Assembly (NCBI GenBank): GCA_030141605.1
Contig: JAQGDQ010000117.1
Coordinates: forward strand, 310,001 to 374,000
Length of the DNA stretch: 64,000 bases
Direction of reading: 5' to 3'
Source of the DNA: Tubiluchus corallicola
Lineage: Eukaryota; Animalia; Priapulida
Shown: positions 12,301-25,500 of the stretch, piece after piece
Layout of the letters: each line of letters starts with the position of its first letter
Numbering within the stretch: the stretch's first letter is position 1
Made by a program: the position numbers and the translations under genes
The notes under the pieces: generated by a model
The model's input: only the letters and a program-made list of their open reading frames with translations
The model's database searches: none
Told to the model about the DNA's origin: nothing

Positions 12301-15300
12301 TTAGTTCAGTTTCTTCATTCTGAGCAGCTGCACGTAAGCAAGAAACAGGTATCCCACGGCGATCACGCCCAGTGCCAGAATATTCTTCCATATGTCCCAT
12401 TCAGTTTCACTGTCTATTCCTTGTATTTCCAAGTAGTCATTACCATACACACATTCGGTGCTATAGGAAAACCAAAAAAATAAACAAATATTTACTTTTT
12501 AGAGGTCATTCTTGATATTTTTTGGAGTTTTTGCGCCACAATTTCGAGACAGTGAATTATGACAATATCGAATTTAGTTGCATGAAATTTGAAGTGTTTA
12601 TCTGACTGTCTGCCTGTCTTTTTTAGTTTGCTTATCTACTTAGTCACTGGCTCATTCATTCCTTTGTTTTTATTTTCATTTATTAGTTTATTCATTCATG
12701 CATTCTTTAGTTCATTTACACTCTTGCTAAAAAGATCGGTTCTAAATGTTTAATGCATCTAAAAGGAACCCAGTGAGGTGAAACTCTATCTTACGTGTTG
12801 GTCAACGCCTTGTCTTCACAAAATGCGTTGTTCTTAAATTCTGCAATGCACAGCGTATTGAATCCGTAATACTGAATGCTAAAGAACCGTAACCATGACA
12901 ACCAGCCGGGCATTGTGTCCAAATTCACAAGAAGACCAGCAAAAACCTAACGAAAAAGAAACGCTAAATTTAGTTTTTTAACTTGTGGATTGTGTGTTAA
13001 AAACTGGTTGGTAGAGCATAACGGCAAAATTTTTCATTTTGTTTTTTTTTGCCGTGTTGTTCAGACTAAACTGAAAAATATTAATTTCCTGCTACAGCTA
13101 TCATCGTGACATTTTACAGCTACTCGTAAAAATAAACAATTCGCGATTGCAGAAAAAACATTTCAACGTACCATCATGAAGAGATACAGCAAGGTAGTAA
13201 GAGTATTGGCCACAGAAAAAACGCCCACAGATGCACTGACAAAGAATGCAATGCCAGCTGAACTAATTGTCGTAAACAACATGCCCAATACGAAGTAGAA
13301 AAACGAGTCAACTTCTATCCTTAGTCCTGTAAACAAAATACTTGTGTCAGTTAAAATAATAACACACTTTCTCTCTTAGCTACTTACTTCTTATTAAATA
13401 AATTTTAGCCATTTTATTCAGGTTATTTTACTCAGCATTCATTTTGGTACTACATAAATAACTTTCATCTTAATTCCAAAAATCGTAATAATTATGTAAT
13501 AAAATGTGGAATCGTGTGGTCATGCACTTTAAGTTTAAGGAACGAAAATTGGGGAAGTTTCCACCTCGTTCACATTATTTTAAAAATGTTTAAACAAAAA
13601 GATGACATATTGGACTCTACAGTATTATGTTTTCAGATCATATAAGCAGGGACGTATAAAAACTTTACGATGCCATAGGCTGATAGTTCTCTCCCGCCCA
13701 TCTCTATTGTGAATTTATGGTTGTTTATGTAATGAACAGATCAAACAATTACTTGCGGTGTATTAGAAACACTATTAACCTAGTTACTACGTGGTCATTA
13801 TTAATTACATTTATTTGCATAGCACCAATATTCAAGTAGGCTGCGTAGCTGCTTGTTGTGTAATACCTTGTACCTGTTCGTTTTGTAGCACATAAAAAAA
13901 TTGTGCTCAGTAACTGCCCTTGGTGTGTTATAAGATGCGTCCTTTACATGAATATGAAAGTATGCACATTTTCCAAGGAGAATAAGAATTTTTTCTAAAA
14001 TGTGACTCCCTCAAACTTTGGCGCCCTAGGCAATAGCCTAGTTCGCCTATTTGTTAATACGCCCCTGCATATAAGAGTCGAATTTAGGCCTAACGTGTTG
14101 CAAGCGTGCTTACCAACCATCCAATAGACTATTAATGAGAATGTCAACACTGGCAGGGTTCTTCTGGGTAACAAGTCGCTGAGAGCTTTTGCAGTGAAGT
14201 ACACGGACACCCGATAAAATCCACTGATGTTTTCGTGTCTGAAACATTAATAAAATTATCTGTATACAGTAATGAATTACTTTGAGGATGAAAGTCGGTA
14301 ATTGTTGGTTTATTGAAACCGTATTTAATCCATACCCAGGAATTTCCTTCTGTAATTGGACCCGAGCACTGAAACTTCCTTATTCCGAGCCTCGCTGGAC
14401 CAGATTGTGCTTTCTTCCAAATTCGTTCAACAATTTCTTATATTTCGATAATAATTTAATGTCAGCTCATTCAGTTAATTTAAAGTTTATTTCAGCACAT
14501 AAAAATGCCATATAAAAGTTAAAATTTACGCTAAAAACTAAGGAATACTGCATGTCATGCACTATTAAAAGAGCAATGTCACTAGTTCTAGCTTGCGAAC
14601 TAACTAGACTCCACTATTTCCGACTTCATCACTCACTTGCGAAATGCACTATTCTCTAAGAAATACACTTTACAAAGATTCCGCAACAACTATTAACAGC
14701 TACAATGCCCTCTTCGTGAATAGTTTGAGACTTACATGAATATTGGACGTTCTTTGATAAAAAGTTCAACTGACGATAGTGACCCAAACACCATGCTCAT
14801 CATTGCCAAGAAAAATATTCCAACTCTATAAAAATTTAGACAAATTTAATTGTAATCATATGCCAGGTGGCGCAGAAAAAAAATGTGCCGACGTTTAGAC
14901 TACAGTAATATTGAAACCAAGCACAGTCAAGCCTCTTTACACCGCCTACTTTGGGACTGCAAAAAAGTTGTAGTTATAAAGAGGTACATCAATACATACA
15001 TGTCTATGCAAACATAGATATTTCGTTTTGATAAAAATCTGGGCGGTAAGCGAGGTTGGCGTTATAAAGGGGATCATTTTAACGAGGTTTGACGGCACCA
15101 TACAAAGTTAAAATTTCACAGGCGGTGTTACAGTACATTAAAACATAATAAAACACTTCATAAATAAAGCTTAGAAAATTCATCTTGAAATTTTATATCA
15201 CTAAGTCTTAATGAATTAATAAATTAGCCCTGCCTTCTTGCACACAGGGTTTGCGTAGCAGTTACGCTGTGTAAAACTATCCCGCGGCAACCGTTAAGCG

Positions 15301-18300
15301 CAGCCGTTTTATGGAAACAAGTTTAGATAACATTGTGTAAAGTTTGAAAAAATAGTTACAGCATCCGTAGCACATTCTTCGGTAACTACGCGAAAATTTA
15401 AATTACAACTACAGTGTACTTTATATTGTCAGTAAGATCAATGTGTTTTTTGGTTAGTCAGTGTGTACATTGGGATGGCGATGCAGTGCCCGCCGCTTTG
15501 CCGGGTGGGGTGAACACAAAATTTTTAAGAATTTTGTTTTTCAATTACGTAAATCTTTCTAGCAGGTAACCGCAATGCTAAGCAATATAATTTTGTACGG
15601 AAAGTTCTTCGGGATATATTTTAAAATTCCATTTCCTTCCCCTTTAACTGTGTAAACTGCAAGTTTATAGTTTTAGTGGTTGTTCAGTTGTGGCAAAAAA
15701 CGTTTGTATCACGTTTGCAATTAAACGCCAGCATAATGACAGGCATAATCAATTAAAAAACACAGCCGCTTAGTCGCATTGATATATAAAGCATTCTATA
15801 CATGGTAGTAATTTTAGTAAAACAATAAAGAAATCAACCAATTTACATTTTGGTCTTCACCACAGACCAAAAAGCATTGATAAAGGTTTGCAGCCAAGAA
15901 AAAATTGGACTTGATCCTCTATATTACGGCGTCTCTGTATTACGATCCTCCATATACGGTCCTTGGATAAGACTAAGAGAATGACCTAAAATTTTTGGGG
16001 TTTATACGAAAACGTCTGTAACATCAATGTCGTAATTTTCAAGCAATTCCGTTGTTTTCTTGTTATGACGTTATGATCAAAACTTCGGCACATTTTTTTG
16101 CGCCATTAATGTAACTGGTAATTCAATGTACTCGAAACTTTACACCTGCAGGACTAATTACGTTATGTAGAAAACAGAATAGTTAAGGCCTTGAAAATGT
16201 AAAAATGGGTTTTTATACAATGTAAAAAAGTGAGATATGCAAAACTTACCTGTCTTGTATTGCGTTTTCAGGACTTTCTCCTATTTGCCAATAAATGACT
16301 CCAAAAATCAACGCTTGTATTATCACGATTACGAGCTGAAAAAAAGTTTAAATAACTTTGGTAGAATCAAAATCTAAGAAGTAAGATTGTTTCACATCTT
16401 TCTTGCCGGCACGTGGCTTCTAAGTGTAGAGACTAGGCCTTGCAACCAATAAGTTAAGACTAATAACCAGTGAAGCCAAACATGGTTTAACTTTTGATCT
16501 GGACCTATTTAGCAAGTTTATAAGTTATGGACTGCTTTGATAATGTTTGTATTGGTGGCGAGGATGTTTTGAGTTTTTTTAAACAAAATTTATGGTGAAA
16601 CCTAAACAAGATACTAAGTGCATAGAAAGTTTGGACGACAGATGAGCAATCAAGCTATATTCATCTCTCTATATTCATTTCTCTAGTTTGAGTACATGTA
16701 GTTTCTCATAATCGTTTCAAGAATCGTTTCAATCGTTTATGGTTTGTATCTCTTCCTACTCAAGATAAACAGATTCAGCAAATTTCAAAAGCTTAGGCCA
16801 CTCTACCCGAGCTATTTAGCTTTTTACTACTCACCTACCTGCACAACAGATGTCATTGGATTTCGTAGGATATTCAGCACTGCGCGCCCTGACACTGTTT
16901 TCATCTGTAAAATAAAAAAAAGCCACAATTATTTCTAACACTTGTTAAATTTACGAGAATAAATTTTTTGCCATGTTAGTGTTGGTTACTGCAGTAGCTT
17001 AGTCCGTTTGTGGCTTTAATTAAGTAGCAGTTGCCATGCTTCACAAGCATTTGGATTTAACTGGAGGATTTAAACTTGTGAATTTAACTGGAGAACTTAA
17101 AATTTGCGTAGATCTATAAGCACGAGTCGTCACTGCGTTACTTTACAGAGGGAGTACCATAAAACGTCTGTTCTGTAGCTATTGAAACACCATGTGAAGA
17201 ATTCAAAAACATTATAATATAAAAATGTAGGCAAGAAGCATCTTCCATGATCTTTCTGGGATTTCACAGTACATAGAAGCTTATAACCTATATGGTTGAA
17301 ACAAAGAATAGCTAGAAAAGTTTACCTGATGCCCCCAACCATTAACGTGGTCAACAGCTTTTAGAGGTACTTCAGTGTTCTCACCAACTCGTTTATTATA
17401 ATCTTGCATTATTGGTTCAATTTCTCTAGCAACCAGTTGCTTCCATTCAGAGTTCCTGTAAGCTTTAGTGAGGAATGCGCAGCGTTCTTTCATACGATCA
17501 AACCTGTGGTCAGCTGCCAAAAAATACACAGGACTTTATTAATCAATTAATTTAGTTAAATGTAGCCTAGTTGTTAATTTGCAGACTGGTGAATTAATTG
17601 CAATGTATAAAGCAAAGTAACGAACGGTCAAGTTTCAAACTTTTTTGTTAGATACCTAGCTTTGCAAAAGAAAATGCATTTCCTTAAACTTAGTATCAAT
17701 ACCTTTTTATCGAACAGGTTTGATGTCTATGCCTAGATCATTTTAATTTTAAAAAAAATAAGTATTATTTAACACGTAATAGAACAGTCACTCCGAATTG
17801 TAATAGTACGTTCACAGGACTTGCTAACTTCTTACACTTACCGCTGGCCGCAACGTCAGGCGCAGCTGTTGAGTTCTGTATTGCATTCACAACATCTGGA
17901 AAAATCATACGCATTCATTAGAAGCATTCATATTCAAAGTTCTGAAGTCTGTCACATTATTAAACTTAATATTGAATTTTTACAGCAAGAAAGGAACAGA
18001 GCCATATATTAATGTTTAATGAATGATTAACAAAGTTCCCGCTTTTCAGAGAATCATATTAGTTTGATAAGGCGTAAATGCTTGTTTTAGTACTGTTATC
18101 AAACATGTAGAGACTCTGAGCTGAAATTTATTGTAACGAGCCTGGAAATCTTTGCGTGTACTGCTCATTGACTCGTTAGTGATGTTGACAAGGTTCTCCT
18201 CATTAGAGCTTTTACGGTTTGGTATCCTGCGAACCATTACTACCTCTAGTAATGGTAGCAATGGTGCTTATGGTTATTGCTTGTACCCTCGTAGGACGAA

Positions 18301-21300
18301 ACTATTACCAGTTATTAAGGAAAGTCCTCTTAAGGACTGTGTTGCTGAATCGACGGGATGTCTTAGATTCACCTACCCTTAACAGGTGAAACGACCTAGA
18401 ACTGATTTCCATCCACTTACTGACTCAGTGTTGATTAACTTCGGTCGCAAACCACATGCTGAGATCTCACAGTTGTTTGTTGCCATTTCTGTTGTACAGT
18501 TAACTTCGTTAAAATGATTGTCTTTGGGAATCGCCGAATTGAAGGGTTTAACTTGATTGGTTGAAGTGAATCTTCCGTAACAGGATTAGGTTTCACTTAT
18601 CGTTTTTGTCAAAGTTATCAATTAATTAAAATTATAGGATTAATTTCAACATTATGATTAAGGGATAATTAATATAATTTTAATAATTTAGTGTTATATT
18701 AGCAATACACAAATGATGTCACGGACATCATTTAACAGCCACAGAGTTCATCAATCTATTTCCCCAGCAACTGTCCGTTACATGACTAAAGTCTACAGAG
18801 TCAACTCATCACTCTAACAACTAGTCTCTCTGTGCAACCATGTTGCCTAGCAACCTATTACCTAGTAACCCATTACCTAGCAATCATTGCCTAGCAACTA
18901 GTCTCTCTGTGATCCCGTCACGTAACAATTAGTCTTTCTTTTTACCCATTGCTTAGTAACCCCATTGTCTAGTAACGAATTGCATAGCAACAAACTTCCC
19001 ATCTACTAATCAGTATAAAAAGGCCAGCTCAGATGAGTTCAGGACATTTTTCTCCTACTGCGACTCTTTATATTATGTTAGTTTGTTCCATTTATCTTGT
19101 GTCAATAAATATTTAAGGTACGTTTTAAATTATGGCTTTTGGCTTTAACAATTGTGTGGATTTAGTGAAATTAATTTATGATCACAAAAAGGTTAAAAAA
19201 CATCTACTACTACAACAAGGAAAAAACTTCGTTATTTTTAGTCTTGTACTTGTTTCATTTTAAATATTATCAATATTGTTGTAATAAAAATTTAACCTTG
19301 TTCATTGTCATCGTCATCTTCAAAGACTCCATTACTAGCAGGCGGTTCTAGTTGTTTCTTATCCAAGTCTGTATCTCCATTTATTACATCAAGGAAAAAA
19401 TCAGGTGGGTTGTTCATCTCATCTATTGAGAATCCTAGGAATACCAAAACATTAAAATATTTAAATTCAATTGACCCTGGAGCCTCAAGTCATACTTGTA
19501 TTAAAAGATCATAATCCTCAAGCTGCGTAATCTGGAATCCTTTTGCTCTACATTGAATTTCATTAATTTCTTGCTATGCTATGCCTTGTTATGCTTTGAA
19601 TTGCATTTCTGCTTTGAGTTGATTTTTGTTGCTTTTGCCTTTTATATATATGCACAAACACCTAAAAAATGTCATAAGCCTGTGAGTAAATTTGCATTTT
19701 TAATAAGGGGCAGCTGACCAAGTGACCGATAGGTCTTTCGCTGCTCCTTCTCAGCTGCAACGAAATGTAAAAATAATTATGACAAATTTTAACTGCTATT
19801 GAGAAAATAAAATTGAATTGAATTGGGATATCAAACAAATTTTCCCTTCCGACGCAGCTGTTGTAAATTCTTATACTCCTGAAGTTAGTGCACGCGCAAA
19901 GTTCAGCAAAATCCCATGAAATGTATAAACTTCATACTTCATAGTTTTTATAATAACTAAGTTTATTGCAGATTCTGTAAGTTGGTCTTCTTAAAAATGT
20001 TTAACAGGGTTCATACAGCGTTTATTAGTACTTTAGATCTTTTTCTTATCTGTTGGTCGAAGAAATAGCTTATTTTGCTAGTAACTTGTTCACCTGATGA
20101 ATTGAAGTAGTCTGTGCTTACTATTCCTAATCATCTGCTTACCTTACTTCTTCTAAGACGTCAATAACCTCTGTTGCTAGTCACTTGCTTGCCTTTTGAA
20201 TAGAAGTAATAAGTGTCTTGTTTTACTAGTCACTTGCTTACCTATTCAATGGAGGTAATCAATGGCTTCTATTCCTACTCACATGTTTAGCTTTTGAATC
20301 GAAGAAGTCCGTGCCTTCAAATAACCAATGACTTCTATTTCTAATTACTTGCTTACCTTATGAATAGAAGAAATCAGTACCTTCTTTTGCTAGTCACTTG
20401 GCCACCTATTGAATCAAAGTAGTCAGTAGTTTCTATCCCTTGTCACTTGCTTACCTATTGAATTGGAGTTGTCAATGGCTTCTCTTGCTAGCCACTTATT
20501 CACTTCTTGACTGGAAGTAATCAATGTTGTTTTGCTGGTTACTTGCTTACCTATTGAATCGAAGTAGTCAATCGCTTCCGTTGCTAGTCCGTGATATATG
20601 ACACTGCCTTGGACAAGCAATAATAAACGGTCAAACAGTCTAAAGATAGAAAAACGTGGTTGGTTTATGGAAAATATAATAGTCCTGCCTCTTCTTGCCA
20701 TCCTGTAAAAGAAAGGTTAAAGTGGAGATATGCACAAGTAATACGTCGTTGCGTGTAAGGCTATACCGCTTCATTCAAAAGTTTGAAACTTTAACTCATT
20801 TGTAAAAGTCCTATTGCAAAACTGATCAATATGAGATTTTTACAGAAAAAGTGACAGAAGTTATCTGGCAGAAGATTTTACTAAATAATCTAGATTTAAA
20901 TTTTAAATTATCTCAACACACAACAAGAGAATACTATCAGGAAGGTAATCACGGGCAGCAGTTTCTTATCACATTAAAAATCGCTACGGTTTTCCATAGG
21001 GAAAAATTTCTGCTCTTATTCTATCCTCGTTAAGTATTTCTTGTATAATCAGCATAATTATGAGATTACCACGAAACCCAGAGACATTTTCCAACGGTAA
21101 AAACTCGAAATCAGATCAACCGTTATAAATTTTGTGACACGTTTGGCAGCGCTGACTACAAAGAATCACAAAAAATTTAAGCACTAATTGCGGGAAGTTC
21201 CACCTGACACAGGAACGCATTTTCTGATGGGTTTCTCGGTTCATCATCCCATCTCATCCTCATTCAGTTCTCAGTGAAGTAAAAGCAAATGGGTAAACGT

Positions 21301-22492
21301 TATTTTTAATAATTCGTTTACCGAGCACAGACATACAATAATTCTCTACTCTTTTCCAAGTTGCATAGAGATCTAATACTTATGCCGAATGAAAACATTG
21401 TAGTGAATAAAAAACTGAAAACAAAAGAAGCAGCAACAAAAAATACTAGCAAAAGTGTTTATTACGGAATCATTTTTACTTTGATAGCAAGGCACACACG
21501 CTGTTAGCTGTGTTGGAATCTAAGCCATTAGTTGGTTCGTCCATAAACAATACAGGTGGCTGAATAATCAACTCCATTCCTATATTGGTCCGCTTTCTCT
21601 CCCCTCCTGATATACCTCGTATTAATTCTGTCCCTACCTGAATAAGTAGTAAAGCAAAAAATACAAAAAGTTTTAAAACAATTATTGTAAAAATAATTTA
21701 AATAATTTATCGAATTATCTTGAATACATTTTGTTCTTCCGTTATTACATAGCACAGTGGATACAGCTGGTAGCAGCCTAACAATTGCGACTAGTATTCA
21801 GTTATTCATATATAATAAAAAGCTGATTTATTTGCAAGCCTTTTCGTGGGACGATGGGTCCAGATACGCAAAAGTTGTCTATAATACTTTGTTACTGTAC
21901 CAAGTCTCGGCTAATAAATCTGACAATGCTGTTCAGGACAGGAATACCTTAGTATCAGCACAATTTCTGAGTCCAAGTTCGCTAATTACATCCATGACTC
22001 GTGCCTCTTTATCCTCTTTACTCATTGTATGTGGTAAACGCAAGTTAGCTGAGAACATCAGGTTTTCCTTCACTGTCAGTGTTCCCATAACTACATCATC
22101 CTAAAACCGCCAAAATCGATTACTTATGACAACATTAGGTCTACATTAACAGCGCATGCAGACCGGAAAAAACTGCACGTATATAGGCACCAAATGTACT
22201 GAATGCGAAAGATGAACGTACAATGTTTGCATTTCACTATTAGAAAATTTGGTTTAATTCTTTGTAACTCAAGCGAGGTATTGTCTTGGATCTTATTCTT
22301 ATGTTACTAAGATTTAAACATACTGCAACAACATATCCACACATGCATTTGAAGTTCTCTGGCTGTCTATGTCCATCAATAAGGACGTCACCTGTAAGGC
22401 CACTAGGATCCTTGCGTCCAGCGAGAACGTCTAAACAACTACATAGAAAATAAAATAAAATAAAAATTTACTTAGTTTACATAGTGGTTAGC

Positions 22493-22539
<47 letters not shown>

Positions 22540-25500
22540 TCTTTGTTTGCCAGATAAAACAGATGGAAACAATACAATCATTGCAAATTCATCATTCAGT
22601 GATAAGAATTAAAAACTAACACTGCTTAATGGCAAATGTGTCTGGTGCAAAAAACTGCAAATTATAGTACTAATTCCACAAAGTGCAAGTGAAAACACTA
22701 AAATTACAAGTACATGTAATATTAAAAATATACGCAGAAGAACTCATACCCAGAACTTTCATACAATATTAGATCATATAAAATAATGAAATAATCAACG
22801 TAGAACAAGTGAAAGTACGATGCGGTGTTTTCTGGCTGTCCATTTAGTGAGTGCCCCTTCAAAGCAGGCAAAAATTGTGTAAGCATGCTGCGGAGTTCTT
22901 TTTGTTTTATTATTATCATTTTATTTTAACATGTTTCGAAAAAGAAGCATGAGTTCACGTGAGACGTAAACAGATAATTTCATTGCAAATAACTGCGACA
23001 AAGCCTTCCAAAATTTGTTTATTTACAGCATTAGATATAGATAAGTTACACGTGTAAATATGTCATTATAATGCATACGCGAAGAATAAGGCACTCGCGA
23101 AGTGATTATGAATAAATTTCATTTACATAATAGGAATTTCACTTGAGTTGATTAAAATGTTATCATTTGTTTTAAAATAATACATATCTACAACTAACAT
23201 GAAGCCCATGCTGAATAAACGCTATAAAATGTTTCTAAATTGTTCAAAACGCTATTGTCAAGTTGGCAGATTAGATCAATTTACAAAGTAGCCGTGTTTA
23301 AGTGGTTCAAATATTGAAACCTGTTAACTTAATTTTATGCCAATTTGTTCTATTTTATCTATTATACGTCGCCCTTCGAATCTGTGGCTGGGAAGCAAGA
23401 TATTTAAAAAAGTAATCAACCTGTCGAATTTCGGTTTTATCTTGAGAACCAATTCCGTACAAAGGCTGGGTGAAACTTCCACCGACATTATACCCAGTTT
23501 ACGCCTATATAGCTGTAAATTAATAAAAGAAATAAATTCAGTTTCGAAGATCCAACGTTACATATCGCTCCTGTCTCTAGTAACTTCTTTCATTCAAAAC
23601 TAAATGACGTCGAGTGGAGCTATTGTCTGAGTTAAAACTTATGTTTTAAAAGTCAAAAGGTCGAGTTCGGAGATCGGATCTGCCTGTCGCTCCCGTCTCA
23701 CAAACGGTCGCCGTACACAGTTACAGCTGGGTTCATCACAGTATAGATCATAGTTTACAACTATTACCTAATCTGTGGATCTCCAGTCCACAGTTGGCTG
23801 CACGATGCACCTTGTGACTTACAACAGTGAATGGCTGACTGTTGAAAGGATAAGCCTTTGCTGAGGTAATATTTGCTTAACTGTAGAGAACCAAGGATCT
23901 ACTCGCAACTTTCCCGAGCAAACTTAGTCTTTCCAAAATGTATATAATGGGCAATCAGCTTCTCTAAAACATCTTGTGGCGTCTTAGATGCGTCATTCAG
24001 TTTCAGCTGGACTTCTTGAAGCGTGTTAGTTACAACGTGTGAGTTACTTGCCGCATTGTTATCAAGTTCCTACGAACGCCAAATCAAGGTAGAGTTAAGT
24101 CACTCTAAGTCAAGGCTGAGAACTGTGACATCTATCGATAAAAATTCGCACTAAAATATTTGTTTAAAATTATCAGCAATAGGACCAGAATTGTATTGAT
24201 TTGACAAGTAAAATTTCAAAGGCAATCATGGAAATGTGTGTTAGTGCCTAGCTGGATTTTCAAATGCTTTTTTGTAAAAATTGAAAAATGGCAAAAACAA
24301 AGATAGGACGAGAATTTACAAGTCACTTTTTAAATCGTTCTTTATCTCCTAAAGAAACACTGATTTTCTTAATAAAAATGTAATGAAAATTAATATATCG
24401 TGTATAGTTTATAAAACGGATATTATTCTTGTTATAAAGAATTTAAAAACGTTATCATTTTCCAAAACTTGTCGGAAGTAGTAGAGGGATCTTGTTACAC
24501 TCGGAATAATTTACACAGATACTCGCATCACCGTACGTATTATCTTTCCATTGTCCCTCTTCAACCTTGTAGCCAAAAAAACACTGATCGTCTGGGGTTT
24601 AGAAAGTCATTCCTGTTGAACCTGTCCTACTGTCGCGAAAGTGGAATTACGAACAGGAATCTATCATAAACGGCTTGGACTTATATCTGCGAATCCACAG
24701 CTGTAGTCTGATGTTTGATTGTGTCCACATCTACAACGATGACTCCGTGACAAGACTGATCACTTGGGCACAATTCTTGGAATGGGTTCAATTATTACGC
24801 AAACACTTTGTTAATGCAGTAAAAGTATATAAAAGTCATGTGATTAGCAGAGCAAAGTCTGAACGCATACTGCATAGCATGTTCAAACGCTGTATAAAAA
24901 TTACTCATATGCTGACATTTGTCGACTGATGGTATTATCTGTAATAATTTGTGTATTTGTAGTCAAAATTTAGGACAAAATGTTTACGTAGTGCCGTAGC
25001 ACAATTAAGAAAATCCATCGAACCTAACCTAAACTAAAACCTCAGGAAATAATAAGGAAAATGAATAGTCAGAAGGAATTAGGAGAAATTCAATAAAAAT
25101 TGCATCTGTAAATATACGATTCCACAAGCGTTAGTATGGCCATTGCTTGTGCTACGCTTGCAATAGCTAAAAACAACACCTACACGTAAAACATTCTCTT
25201 TTGATCACTATAACTAACAGGCCGTGAATGTTTTTTGAAAGATATATTAACGATATTTTCTTTGGTACGTAATCGTAATTATTACTTTTAAAGTAATTTA
25301 CTTGAAGGTGCGCATTATAAAATAAATTTATTTATTGTTAATATTTATTTAATAACATTTGCTTACGATGATTTTCCTCCTCCTGTTTGCCCCATAATAG
25401 CGTTCATTCCTGGACCAAATATTCCACTGAAAAGGAAAAAAATGAAACGAACTTTTTCATTTTTCCATTGCCAAGTGTAATAGAATCCAGTGTGATTAAG

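Noticed and set aside
12160-12303. Stop-codon readthrough of ABCG-A
   Set aside because: The TAA aligns with the paralog B stop, the context is not leaky and another stop follows within ~15 codons.
20047-20587. CRISPR-like array
   Set aside because: Units are contiguous diverged tandem copies of a host exon junction, with no unique spacers and no cas genes; the DNA is eukaryotic.
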